The notes under the pieces were generated by a model. That model searched no databases. It was given only the letters and a program-made list of their open reading frames with translations, and was not told where the DNA came from. Shown here piece after piece: positions 1 through 7,764 of a stretch of 64,000 nucleotides of DNA (within the stretch, counting starts at the first letter, position 1; each line of letters begins with the position of its first letter). The stretch is from an uncultured virus (IMG/VR IMGVR_UViG_3300020162_002069) (taxonomy: Duplodnaviria > Heunggongvirae > Uroviricota > Caudoviricetes): the IMG/VR virus record IMGVR_UViG_3300020162_002069. One strand, 5' to 3'. Made by a program: the position numbers and the translations under genes.

Positions 1-219
1 TTTAGCGGAAATCCAACCTTCAGTAGTTTCAAACAAATGGGACTCATTACAACTAACTTTATTACCCCCCATCATAAGCAATTCATATTCTTCATACATC
101 CCCTTATTAATAAAAAAATTAACAGGAACATATCCATCGGGAGAATCAACCTCCACTTCATATCCATTATCAAGTAATGTTTTGATTTCAGCAATTGACG
201 TTTCTTTTTCAATCCACAT
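1..219 (-). CDS. gp41: Large (C-terminal) fragment of a split intein, expected to be fused to the C-terminal half of gp41 helicase; truncated by the window edge
   Basis: Hand translation from ATG at 219, open to position 1: MWIEKETSIAEIKTLLDNGYEVEVDSPDGYVPVNFFINKGMYEEYELLMMGGNKVSCNESHLFETTEGWISAK. It has Hint-domain features (V-x-S-P-D-G-x-x-x-V strand; block B-like CNESHLF followed by GWISAK). Not in the ORF track because no stop is in the window. Confidence 0.85.
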   Translation of the reverse strand, partial: MWIEKETSIAEIKTLLDNGYEVEVDSPDGYVPVNFFINKGMYEEYELLMMGGNKVSCNESHLFETTEGWISAK

Positions 220-223
220 TTTG

Positions 224-231
224 TATAAATA
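224..231 (+). promoter_or_regulatory. T4-type late promoter TATAAATA for the HNH endonuclease gene
   Basis: Exact TATAAATA on the + strand, 20 nt upstream of ATG 252. Confidence 0.75.
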
Positions 232-251
232 CCATTAGCAGGGACAGGGAA

Positions 252-920
252 ATGTTTAATCAAATCTATTCTAACTTATGCGAAGGCAACAAGTCAAGAA
301 AAGAAAACTATAAAAAATATTCTGGGTTACACGAACATCATATTATTCCTAAACATATGGGAGGAAGTGATGAAGATTTTAATCTAACATATTTAAATAT
401 TAGAGAACATATATTAGCACATTATTTGTTGTGGAAGATATATAAAAATCCAAATGATTTAAGGTCTATGAAAATGTTGGGAGCAAATTTATCTCCACAA
501 CATAGAAAAATAACAGGAGAATTTTGTCGGGACAATAATATTGGTATTTTTTCCATTCCATCAAATGAAAGAAAAAAATGGACAATAAAAGGAATAGAAA
601 GTCAAAAACAAGATTACTTAACAAATCAAACAAAAAATTTTTACTATTGGAGCACCGAAGAGGGAAGAAAAGAAAGGGCATCTCTTGGAGGAAAGAAGAT
701 GGGGTCAAAAGAATTTAGTTATTGGGCATCTAATGAAGGAAGAAAAACACGAGCATCATTAGGGGGAAAGGCACATAAAGGAAAAAAGGTAATGCATTTG
801 CCGGGAACAAAGGGATGGAAAAGAATATCACCAGAAGAAGTTGATATAAAACTAAATGAAGGTTGGAAGTTTGGAACTGGAGAACCAGCACCAAACTCCA
901 AAATCAAGAAATCTTCCTAA
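252..920 (+). CDS. Free-standing HNH homing endonuclease, antisense between the two gp41 halves
   Basis: N-terminal HEHHIIPKHMGGSDEDFNLTYLNIREHILAHYLL HNH motif of phage Mob-type endonucleases, with a basic repeated C-terminal region. ATG 252 follows a purine-rich leader and a late promoter, so it is preferred over TTG 195. Confidence 0.85.
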   Translation: MFNQIYSNLCEGNKSRKENYKKYSGLHEHHIIPKHMGGSDEDFNLTYLNIREHILAHYLLWKIYKNPNDLRSMKMLGANLSPQHRKITGEFCRDNNIGIFSIPSNERKKWTIKGIESQKQDYLTNQTKNFYYWSTEEGRKERASLGGKKMGSKEFSYWASNEGRKTRASLGGKAHKGKKVMHLPGTKGWKRISPEEVDIKLNEGWKFGTGEPAPNSKIKKSS

Positions 921-1536
921 ATCTAATTTTAACTATAGTTTCTGGATGAACGCAACCAGCAAGAGCGATATTGAGAGTCTTATTAGGTAAACCACCTTTG
1001 GTAATTTTGTTAAAATATTCAAGATCAAATTCAATTTTCTCTTCCTTTCTGTGATAGGACTCATAACGTTGCTCATAGTCTAGCAGATAATCGTGTCCAA
1101 TGTGAGTATCAAAAGATACAGCAAGAGCTTCTGATAAGATTGTTGGAATGCTATCACGATTTTTCTTTGCATCCTTACCATCAGTAATATGAATGGATTC
1201 CATTAGTGCAAGGTAAATAGCACGATCACGACACCACTTTTCAGTAGTATCAACTATCCAATTAAATTCAGTAGCAACATCTTCCAAGCAAGAAATTACT
1301 TGAGTAATCTCTTTAAACTCTTGTTCGTTGATGTCTATTCTTTTCTCTATCTCAATACAAAGAACTTCTTTTGTGGCAGGTTGATTATATTCCAGAACAA
1401 AAGAATGTATTTCTTCAAATACAATTTTTTGGTTTTTATCTTCAAAGTATTCAGATTTAATAAAAGGAATAACTTTTCGTATATATTCTTCATTATGCAA
1501 AAGATTTCGCAGAATTAAAAACTCAATTTGGTCCAT
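904..1536 (-). CDS. gp41: gp41 replicative helicase N-terminal half fused to a 16-aa N-intein
   Basis: T4 gp41-like N-terminus (EKWCRDRAIYLALMESI; LAVSFDTHIGHDY; FNKITKGGLPNKTLNIALAG). It breaks at Walker A (expected AG-TGVGKS) and continues as CVHPETIVKIRFRKIS*. ATG 1536 is the likely start. Confidence 0.92.
   Translation of the reverse strand: MDQIEFLILRNLLHNEEYIRKVIPFIKSEYFEDKNQKIVFEEIHSFVLEYNQPATKEVLCIEIEKRIDINEQEFKEITQVISCLEDVATEFNWIVDTTEKWCRDRAIYLALMESIHITDGKDAKKNRDSIPTILSEALAVSFDTHIGHDYLLDYEQRYESYHRKEEKIEFDLEYFNKITKGGLPNKTLNIALAGCVHPETIVKIRFRKIS
907..954 (-). mobile_element. N-terminal split-intein fragment (16 aa, CVHPETIVKIRFRKIS)
   Basis: Block A-like C-V-x-x-x-T-x-V directly after the helicase P-loop Gly, followed by a stop at 904-906. 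Confidence 0.85.
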
Positions 1537-2065
1537 GTGGTATATCAAATACAAATGTTATTCTTGTTTCATCACCAATATTTACAGTTCCGTGTGGTAA
1601 CTTATTATTAAACCAAAAAAGAGTTCCTGGTTCAACAATTAGGGTATCAGTTCCACAGAAATATTGATATCTTCCAGATATTGAAAGGTGATACCTATCT
1701 CTTGTTAAGTAATAAGTTCCTTCATCAATATGTGCTCCTACGATCTCATCTACAGGTAATGCCAGAAATCCACATCGGTGCAACTCTTTATTTCCAAGAT
1801 ATTTGCGAATAATCTTTCGGATTTCATTATGATGTTCATATGCAGGAGTTTTGATATTGATTTCAGAATCTCCAACAAAGTCTTCCTTCTTCTTAACTGC
1901 ACCCATTATAAGTTGCAATGCACTTATTGGCAAATCATCAAATCCCCTATCAACTAAAGACTGAGAATCTTTCAGATGTTTTTGATGATCCCAGTCTTGT
2001 GGGTATTTCTTTAATTGATTAATAACTTTAGTAACATTAATACTAGTTTTTATAACTTTGATCAT
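1523..2065 (-). CDS. Asp/Asn beta-hydroxylase-like 2OG-Fe(II) oxygenase
   Basis: HxD...H triad (GAHIDEG ... WFNNKLPHGTVN), RYHL strand and terminal RITFVFD. Confidence 0.75.
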   Translation of the reverse strand: MIKVIKTSINVTKVINQLKKYPQDWDHQKHLKDSQSLVDRGFDDLPISALQLIMGAVKKKEDFVGDSEINIKTPAYEHHNEIRKIIRKYLGNKELHRCGFLALPVDEIVGAHIDEGTYYLTRDRYHLSISGRYQYFCGTDTLIVEPGTLFWFNNKLPHGTVNIGDETRITFVFDIPHGPN

Positions 2066-3078
2066 GACCCATAACTAAACTCACCCTTGGCAATTACATC
2101 AAGTTTTTCCATTACTTCTGGTGGAAAATATTTTTCTGGACTTTTAAGAATCTCTTTGGCATAAAGTTTCTTACCGTCAATTTCATAACGACCGGCAACA
2201 TTCTTCCACATTCCACCCAATTCACCAAGTTCTAGAAGACCATAATGTCGATCAAGGCCTCGTTCATCATAGAACAACCGAATTTGAACTTCTTGATTTT
2301 CTTTACTTAAACGTGATTTGTGTGTCTTTGCTCTAATGATGTTTCCAATAACTTCTGTTCCATCCTTTTCTTTTGATTTTGAAAGATAGATGATTGTAGA
2401 GGCAGCATATTGTAATCCAGAACCACCAGACATTTGCTTACCACCATAAAGACTCATACTTTCATAAGTGTGATTTGTAACGAGCATAGGAATCTTTGCC
2501 TGACCCAATTTGAGAGTCAGCATACGGAAAGCACCCTTGATAAGTTGTGCTTTAGTCATGTCTCTCGTATCCTTCTCTGCCAAGGCATCATTAATTTCTT
2601 TATTAGTAGAAAGCATTCCCAGAGAATCTAATACAAAGATACAAGGATTTCTTTCATCCTCTTTTTTCTTTAAGTAAATATCAACTGCCTTGAGTGTTTT
2701 AGTACGAAACTCTTCTACCGTAACTACATTGACAACCACCAGACGATTTGTATCAACTCCTCTACTTTCCAAAAGGGATTTTGTGATTGCTGCTTCAGTA
2801 TCAAAATACAAACAATATCCAGTAGGATTATTATCAAGGAAATTTTTAACGACGGCAAGAGAGAAGAAAGTTTTTCCAGTAGAAGTTTCCCCTGCGATTG
2901 CAGTAATTTTATTCCCAGATACACCACCAAATATACTACCGGATACAAGAGCATTAAAAATGTATGAACCCGTATCCACATAAGTTTCAGTTTCATCAAT
3001 ATCCGAAGCAAGTTGTGTGTACTCACCACCAATTTCTTTTACAATATCCTTAAGAAAACTTAATCCAGAATCAGTCAT
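2062..3078 (-). CDS. uvsX: UvsX RecA-like recombinase
   Basis: DTGSYIFNALVSG, Walker A GETSTGKT, VLDSLG; position between gp43 and gp41. Confidence 0.95.
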   Translation of the reverse strand: MTDSGLSFLKDIVKEIGGEYTQLASDIDETETYVDTGSYIFNALVSGSIFGGVSGNKITAIAGETSTGKTFFSLAVVKNFLDNNPTGYCLYFDTEAAITKSLLESRGVDTNRLVVVNVVTVEEFRTKTLKAVDIYLKKKEDERNPCIFVLDSLGMLSTNKEINDALAEKDTRDMTKAQLIKGAFRMLTLKLGQAKIPMLVTNHTYESMSLYGGKQMSGGSGLQYAASTIIYLSKSKEKDGTEVIGNIIRAKTHKSRLSKENQEVQIRLFYDERGLDRHYGLLELGELGGMWKNVAGRYEIDGKKLYAKEILKSPEKYFPPEVMEKLDVIAKGEFSYGS

Positions 3079-3079
3079 T

Positions 3080-3217
3080 TCATTCCTCCTTTTGTTTTTG
3101 TTTAATAAGATGATTCATTTTATAAGACCAGAGTTTTTGATAAAGAGCAGTATCACCACCCAGTCTCATAGCACTAATGATAATATCAAATTCTTTTTCA
3201 TTAATAGTCAGTTCCAT
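3080..3217 (-). CDS. Small hypothetical protein (45 aa)
   Basis: Hand translation MELTINEKEFDIIISAMRLGGDTALYQKLWSYKMNHLIKQKQKEE; the start overlaps the gp43 stop and the ORF fills the gap to uvsX. Confidence 0.65.
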   Translation of the reverse strand: MELTINEKEFDIIISAMRLGGDTALYQKLWSYKMNHLIKQKQKEE

Positions 3218-5718
3218 TAGATAAAGAAGTTCTCCAGACTAGTCGTTTTTTCAATATTCCACCCAATAGAATCAAGAATGATTTTGAGTGGTTCTAAAAA
3301 TGCTTTCTCAAATTGTAACTCATAATCAATGTATTTGTCAAGATTCAATTCTTTAGGAAATTCTTGAATGAATGAAATAATATTTTCATGAATTGTATTT
3401 GGTTTTTTTAGGTAAATAAATTTAACCTTTTCACCATTTTGTATAAGTGAATACTTGTTTGTTAGTTTTGCTTCCTTTATATAATGATTAAACAGAAGTG
3501 CTCCACGAACGTGAATTGGAGTTCCTTTAGAATAAATTGTAGAAGATGATTTGTATTTTTGTATGTCTGATGCAGAACGAGGAAATGAAATCTGTTCTGG
3601 AGAGAGTTGTTTAAACTCTTTACGTGCAGTTTCAATAAAATTAATCACTTCATTCTCAGTTCCATTCATCATAATCTTTAAACAATCTTTAATCATCTTA
3701 CGACAAGGTGCTGGAGTTGAAGATTTAACTGCCTCAATACCCATCATCTTAAGTTTAGGTTCAGTATACCTAACTCCTTCACTATCCCAAACATTTAGAA
3801 TATATCTTTTCTTAGCAGTCCATATTCCACGATCAGCAATATTCTCCCGTTTCATTTGCATCTTCTGGTCATAGGCATTCATATATTCCGCCAGTTCTTG
3901 GTAGCAACCTTCAATATACTTTTCAAGTTCCACCTTACAGATCTTATCAAGGAACGAAACAATGCTTTCAGTAGTTTTCTCTCTTCCTTTGTATATAGTT
4001 TCGACCAAAGGACCCATATGAAGATAAATGGAGTCAGTATCAGAAGCAATAACATAATCAACATCCTCAGTTTTAAGAAGTTTATTGAGATAGGTGTTCA
4101 TTTTACTCTCAATCCAACGAATCGCAACCTGTCCAGAAAGAGTGATTGCTTCTGCATTTGCTAGTTTATAATACCTGAAGTATTGGTTTCCAATAGCACC
4201 ATATGCAGAGTTAAGAGAAATCTTTTTTGCCATCTGAATGTTATTGCACCGAGCAATCTCTTTTTCTAGTTCTTTAGTTTTTTTCTTTTCATATTCTTTT
4301 TTTGCAACAATCATCTTCTCCTTATATACAACACGATCATTATACATTTTCTCCATGAGTTCAGGAAGGAACCCTCGCACATCCTTACGATACATCGCGC
4401 CATTAGGACACACAGCATAGTCCTTATACATTTCAAAAGTAAGTTCCTGATTAAGAATCTTATCTACATTTACAGTAGGATGTCTTTCATCAACAAGAGT
4501 TTCTGGGCTCACGTTAAATTGCATAATTAAATGAGGATATAGACTATTCAAGTCAAAGTTAACAACCCAATCATACTTACCAGGAATTGGTTCTTTTACA
4601 TAAGCACCTGCATACTTTTCATTCTTTTGAGATTTACTTTTTGGTGGAATTACAATATCTCTTTTCTTCAGATAATTGTAGATAATCGTATCCCAAACAC
4701 GAACCTGATAGAATACATCAGCATAGTTTACTTTAGCATCATATGCCATAGTAAGAGCAAGTTCAATTAGTTTCATCTTGTCTTCCAAACGGTCAACAAG
4801 TTCTACGTCAACGATGTTATACTCAATAAATTTTTGCCACCCTTTCGTATAAAAATCTTTAAAGGTATTAAACTCTGAGTGATCTAGTTTTTTCTGCCCC
4901 AGTTCTACTTCTGCAATATAGTCAAGACGATATGACTCTTGTGCTTTATAAGTAAACTTCTTATAGAGGTTGAGGTAGTCTAACTGAGTGAGTCCTCCAA
5001 TATCAAACGTAATGTGCTTACGTCCAGTAATAAAGATTTCACCTTCAGTTACAAGTCCCCAGTTAGAGAGACGTTTCATTAACTTTTCACCAAGAACACG
5101 ATTTAATCGTTTACAGATATATGGAATATCATAAAGTTGAATGTTCCATCCAGTTACAACATCAGGAACATCAACCATCCAATAATTGATAAAAGAATTT
5201 AATAATGCATATTCAGATTCGCAGCAGTGATAAGTTACATCATCACGTACATTATTAAATGGTTTAACTCCCCAAGTGACAATTTTCTTAGTTGTATAAT
5301 CTTGAATACTGATTGCAAGGATCTCTTCCGAACAAGATTCTACATCAGGAAATCCTCCCTCAGAAGCAACTTCAATATCCAAAGTTACTAATTTAATTTT
5401 ACTAATATCAAACTTTACTTCGTCTTCAGGATACTTTTCTGAAATGTATTGATAAATGTATCGATCATTTCCATAAATTTTAAATCCATCAACCTCATCA
5501 TATTTTTTATAAAACTCACGACAATCTCTAACTGTCCCAGGTCTTATTGGTTCTACATTATCACCATTTAATGTTTTATACTTTGATTCCTTTTTACTAT
5601 TAACAAAAAGAGTTGGAAAAAATTCATCTCTAGTTTCAAATCTTTTACCATTTTCTACTCCACGAACCAAAAACTGGTTTCCAATCAACTGAACATTAGT
5701 ATAAAAATTTTGACTCAT
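3217..5718 (-). CDS. gp43: Family B DNA polymerase
   Basis: Exo I DIEV, FDLNSLYPH, KISLNSAYG, ASDTDS, KKRY motifs; uninterrupted 833 aa. Confidence 0.97.
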   Translation of the reverse strand: MSQNFYTNVQLIGNQFLVRGVENGKRFETRDEFFPTLFVNSKKESKYKTLNGDNVEPIRPGTVRDCREFYKKYDEVDGFKIYGNDRYIYQYISEKYPEDEVKFDISKIKLVTLDIEVASEGGFPDVESCSEEILAISIQDYTTKKIVTWGVKPFNNVRDDVTYHCCESEYALLNSFINYWMVDVPDVVTGWNIQLYDIPYICKRLNRVLGEKLMKRLSNWGLVTEGEIFITGRKHITFDIGGLTQLDYLNLYKKFTYKAQESYRLDYIAEVELGQKKLDHSEFNTFKDFYTKGWQKFIEYNIVDVELVDRLEDKMKLIELALTMAYDAKVNYADVFYQVRVWDTIIYNYLKKRDIVIPPKSKSQKNEKYAGAYVKEPIPGKYDWVVNFDLNSLYPHLIMQFNVSPETLVDERHPTVNVDKILNQELTFEMYKDYAVCPNGAMYRKDVRGFLPELMEKMYNDRVVYKEKMIVAKKEYEKKKTKELEKEIARCNNIQMAKKISLNSAYGAIGNQYFRYYKLANAEAITLSGQVAIRWIESKMNTYLNKLLKTEDVDYVIASDTDSIYLHMGPLVETIYKGREKTTESIVSFLDKICKVELEKYIEGCYQELAEYMNAYDQKMQMKRENIADRGIWTAKKRYILNVWDSEGVRYTEPKLKMMGIEAVKSSTPAPCRKMIKDCLKIMMNGTENEVINFIETARKEFKQLSPEQISFPRSASDIQKYKSSSTIYSKGTPIHVRGALLFNHYIKEAKLTNKYSLIQNGEKVKFIYLKKPNTIHENIISFIQEFPKELNLDKYIDYELQFEKAFLEPLKIILDSIGWNIEKTTSLENFFI

Positions 5719-5975
5719 TCTTTAATAAGATCCTGGTATTTTTCAAGAAGTGTTGGTGTGGGATTTACAAGTGTCAGAATCTTTTCAGAACTCATCATAC
5801 AAGTATCTTCCTTTGTATATCCCATTAGAAATGGTTCCAAAGTTTGATCTTTAGATACCACAAATGGTTTCACTAGTTTACAATCTGGTTCTCCAATATC
5901 AGCACCAACTTCTTCAATCTGACTGATCAGAATTTGATTGTTCACCAACACCATTACTTTGATTGGATTTTCCAT
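5715..5975 (-). CDS. Hypothetical protein (small beta-rich, possibly Sm-like)
   Basis: Operon-strand ORF whose stop overlaps the gp43 start. Confidence 0.65.
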   Translation of the reverse strand: MENPIKVMVLVNNQILISQIEEVGADIGEPDCKLVKPFVVSKDQTLEPFLMGYTKEDTCMMSSEKILTLVNPTPTLLEKYQDLIKE

Positions 5976-6297
5976 AATTTACAACATCATCTACGTACAT
6001 TTGTTTTAATTTTTCGGTTGGATTCACCATCGTAACCACCCAGTCAGAAGGAACTGGAATTTTCTCATCAGCAGTTAAAGGCATCCAAGGGTGAAGTGTA
6101 ACTTGATACCCCATTTTTTGAGGACCTAGTTTCTCATTCCCTTCAGTAAGAAGATTGGGAGTTATCATTTTTACGATACAAGGTCTAGTCAGATAATAAC
6201 CAACTACACGTTTCTCTTCATCTTCACCAAAGACCATTTCTTGAACATCTGCAATTAGGTCTTCTCCAGACTTAAGCAACAAAAGTTTTACTGTCAT
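5914..6297 (-). CDS. Hypothetical protein (possibly Sm-like, KLLLLKSGEDLIA type)
   Basis: GGAG ribosome-binding site and sigma70 promoter upstream; usual position between hsp20 and gp43. Confidence 0.7.
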   Translation of the reverse strand: MTVKLLLLKSGEDLIADVQEMVFGEDEEKRVVGYYLTRPCIVKMITPNLLTEGNEKLGPQKMGYQVTLHPWMPLTADEKIPVPSDWVVTMVNPTEKLKQMYVDDVVNYGKSNQSNGVGEQSNSDQSD

Positions 6298-6318
6298 TTT
6301 TACTCCATACCTGTTAGT

Positions 6319-6346
6319 ATTATAGCATAAAAATGGGAGGTGTCAA
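6319..6346 (-). promoter_or_regulatory. Sigma70-type promoter for the gp43 operon
   Basis: TTGACA-16 nt-TATAAT with an extended -10 (TGc). Confidence 0.75.
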
Positions 6347-6372
6347 CCTGGATTTTGCCAGATTACCTCCCA
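6329..6372 (-). terminator. Long hairpin and U-tract after hsp20
   Basis: TGGGAGGT..CTGG-caaaat-CCAG..ACCTCCCA followed by TTTTT. Confidence 0.6.
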
Positions 6373-6394
6373 GCGGCAACGATATCAATTATAT

Positions 6395-6829
6395 TTATAG
6401 GTAAGTTTTTCGTGTGTGATGTTCTGGAACAATCTTCCCTAATCGAATGACAAGTAATCCGTCTTCAAAGGTGACTTCTCGGACTTCGGTGTCGTCGGAT
6501 AGTGTCCATGCTCTTTTGAAACTTCGTTGAGCCAAACCCTTGTGGACAGACGTCCTATCCGATTCTGTATCTGATTTTTGCCCCTCGACAAAAAGTTTTC
6601 CATACTCTGTGAAGACATTTACTTCCTCCTTTTTGAATCCTGCAAGTGCGATCTCCAAATGAGATTCAACACTATTTACTTGAATTAAATTGTAAGGTGG
6701 ATAATTATTTGTAGTTTCATGAAGATTAAATAGACGATCAAAATATTCGTCCATTCCAATACTATTGCGAGTAATCCTATCCATTAGGGCAGGAAGATCC
6801 GCAGACGTATATCGTGCAAGGTTAGTCAT
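6395..6829 (-). CDS. hsp20: Small heat-shock protein (Hsp20/IbpA family)
   Basis: NYPPYNL, LEIALAGF, HKGLAQRSFKRAWTL, FEDGLL motifs. Confidence 0.95.
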   Translation of the reverse strand: MTNLARYTSADLPALMDRITRNSIGMDEYFDRLFNLHETTNNYPPYNLIQVNSVESHLEIALAGFKKEEVNVFTEYGKLFVEGQKSDTESDRTSVHKGLAQRSFKRAWTLSDDTEVREVTFEDGLLVIRLGKIVPEHHTRKTYL

Positions 6830-6899
6830 TATAGTAACTCCTTATAAAGCGAGGTTTATGTTTTATGGATCCCGAAGGCATCCAATACTAATTATAACA
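6830..6899 (-). promoter_or_regulatory. hsp20 extended -10 promoter and structured 5' UTR (ROSE-like thermometer candidate)
   Basis: TGtTATAAT, then a GGATGCC-TTCG-GGATCC hairpin, then CTCGCTT-tat-AAGGAG pairing over the Shine-Dalgarno site with a bulged G. Confidence 0.6.
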
Positions 6900-6906
6900 C
6901 TTTTAC

Positions 6907-6931
6907 AAAAAAAGGGAGTGTTGAACTCCCT
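6907..6931 (-). terminator. Rho-independent terminator after regA
   Basis: AGGGAG-ttcaaca-CTCCCT followed by a T-run. Confidence 0.75.
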
Positions 6932-6937
6932 ACTTTA

Positions 6938-7378
6938 TTATTCAGTTTCTACTACCTTGCTTCTTTTCCCAATATTATATTTAGTTTCTAAAATCCATTC
7001 TCCCTTTTCTTTAAATGGAAGAACTTTGATTTGATTTAGAGGAGCAATATCTAATACTTTATCTGCATCAACAACAGTAATGAGTCCCCAGTCTGCAAGA
7101 AGACGAACGATACGATTTCTCCTCTGGACATCATTTACAGTCAGATTTGCATGTTTACCATCAAGAGCAAACAACTCTTTAAAGTGAGTGATATAATATC
7201 TACCCTGCTTATGAAGAATATGAGCACTCTGATAAAGTTTTTTCTCCTTTCTTGAGGCAACACCGATACGAGTCAGTGTTTCTCTTACCTTTAGAAAGTC
7301 ATCTGGTTCATTTAAAGTAACCTCCACCATCATATCAGGAGACCAGTTTACTTGTGGTTCAATTGTTTGGTTAGTCAT
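6938..7378 (-). CDS. regA: RegA translational repressor
   Basis: DDFLKVRETLTRIGVAS, LYQSAHILHKQGRYYITHFKELF. Confidence 0.95.
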   Translation of the reverse strand: MTNQTIEPQVNWSPDMMVEVTLNEPDDFLKVRETLTRIGVASRKEKKLYQSAHILHKQGRYYITHFKELFALDGKHANLTVNDVQRRNRIVRLLADWGLITVVDADKVLDIAPLNQIKVLPFKEKGEWILETKYNIGKRSKVVETE

Positions 7379-7764
7379 TTCATTCCGCCAGTTTCAAGTC
7401 GTTTTTTTATAAAGTCAATTTGAGATTTATTTAGGATTTTAAGTGCTTGAGATGCTTTCTCATTACTATAACCATAGTATTTTTTGATACATTCTAAATC
7501 GTTGACTTTATTCTTTCGGATCCAGGGAGAGAATCTCTTCTTTTTCCTCAAACTATTTAGATAAAATGAATATTGCATATCTTTATCTAAAGAATGATGA
7601 AGATTCATTTCATTTGCATATAAAATACAATCAATATGTGCAGATAAACATTTGTTAATAATATAAGGGACATACTCTTTCTTTGAGGTTTCATCCTCTT
7701 TCATTAGATTTTCTTTAGTGAAATTAATAGAATTTAACCAATCTGTTAATTCATAAGTCATCAA
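7375..7764 (-). CDS. gp62: Clamp loader small subunit
   Basis: YVPYIINKCLS, ANEMN, KKKRFSPW, YYGYSNEKA; adjacent to regA. Confidence 0.9.
   Translation of the reverse strand: MMTYELTDWLNSINFTKENLMKEDETSKKEYVPYIINKCLSAHIDCILYANEMNLHHSLDKDMQYSFYLNSLRKKKRFSPWIRKNKVNDLECIKKYYGYSNEKASQALKILNKSQIDFIKKRLETGGMK

Noticed and set aside
195..251. TTG start at 195 for the HNH gene
   Set aside because: It lies upstream of the late promoter and overlaps the divergent intein ORF; ATG 252 fits better.
72..263. 63-aa minus-strand ORF from the track as the gp41 continuation
   Set aside because: It is in the wrong frame with no recognisable motifs; the intein-like frame is 219..1.
220..903. Group I intron as the explanation for the gp41 interruption
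   Set aside because: The interval is almost fully occupied by an antisense ORF, leaving no room for a ribozyme core, and the two fragments have their own stop and ATG.
904..1554. gp41 as a truncated pseudogene or assembly error
   Set aside because: The break falls at a typical intein site, is followed by a Cys-initiated block A, and a matching Hint fragment lies downstream.
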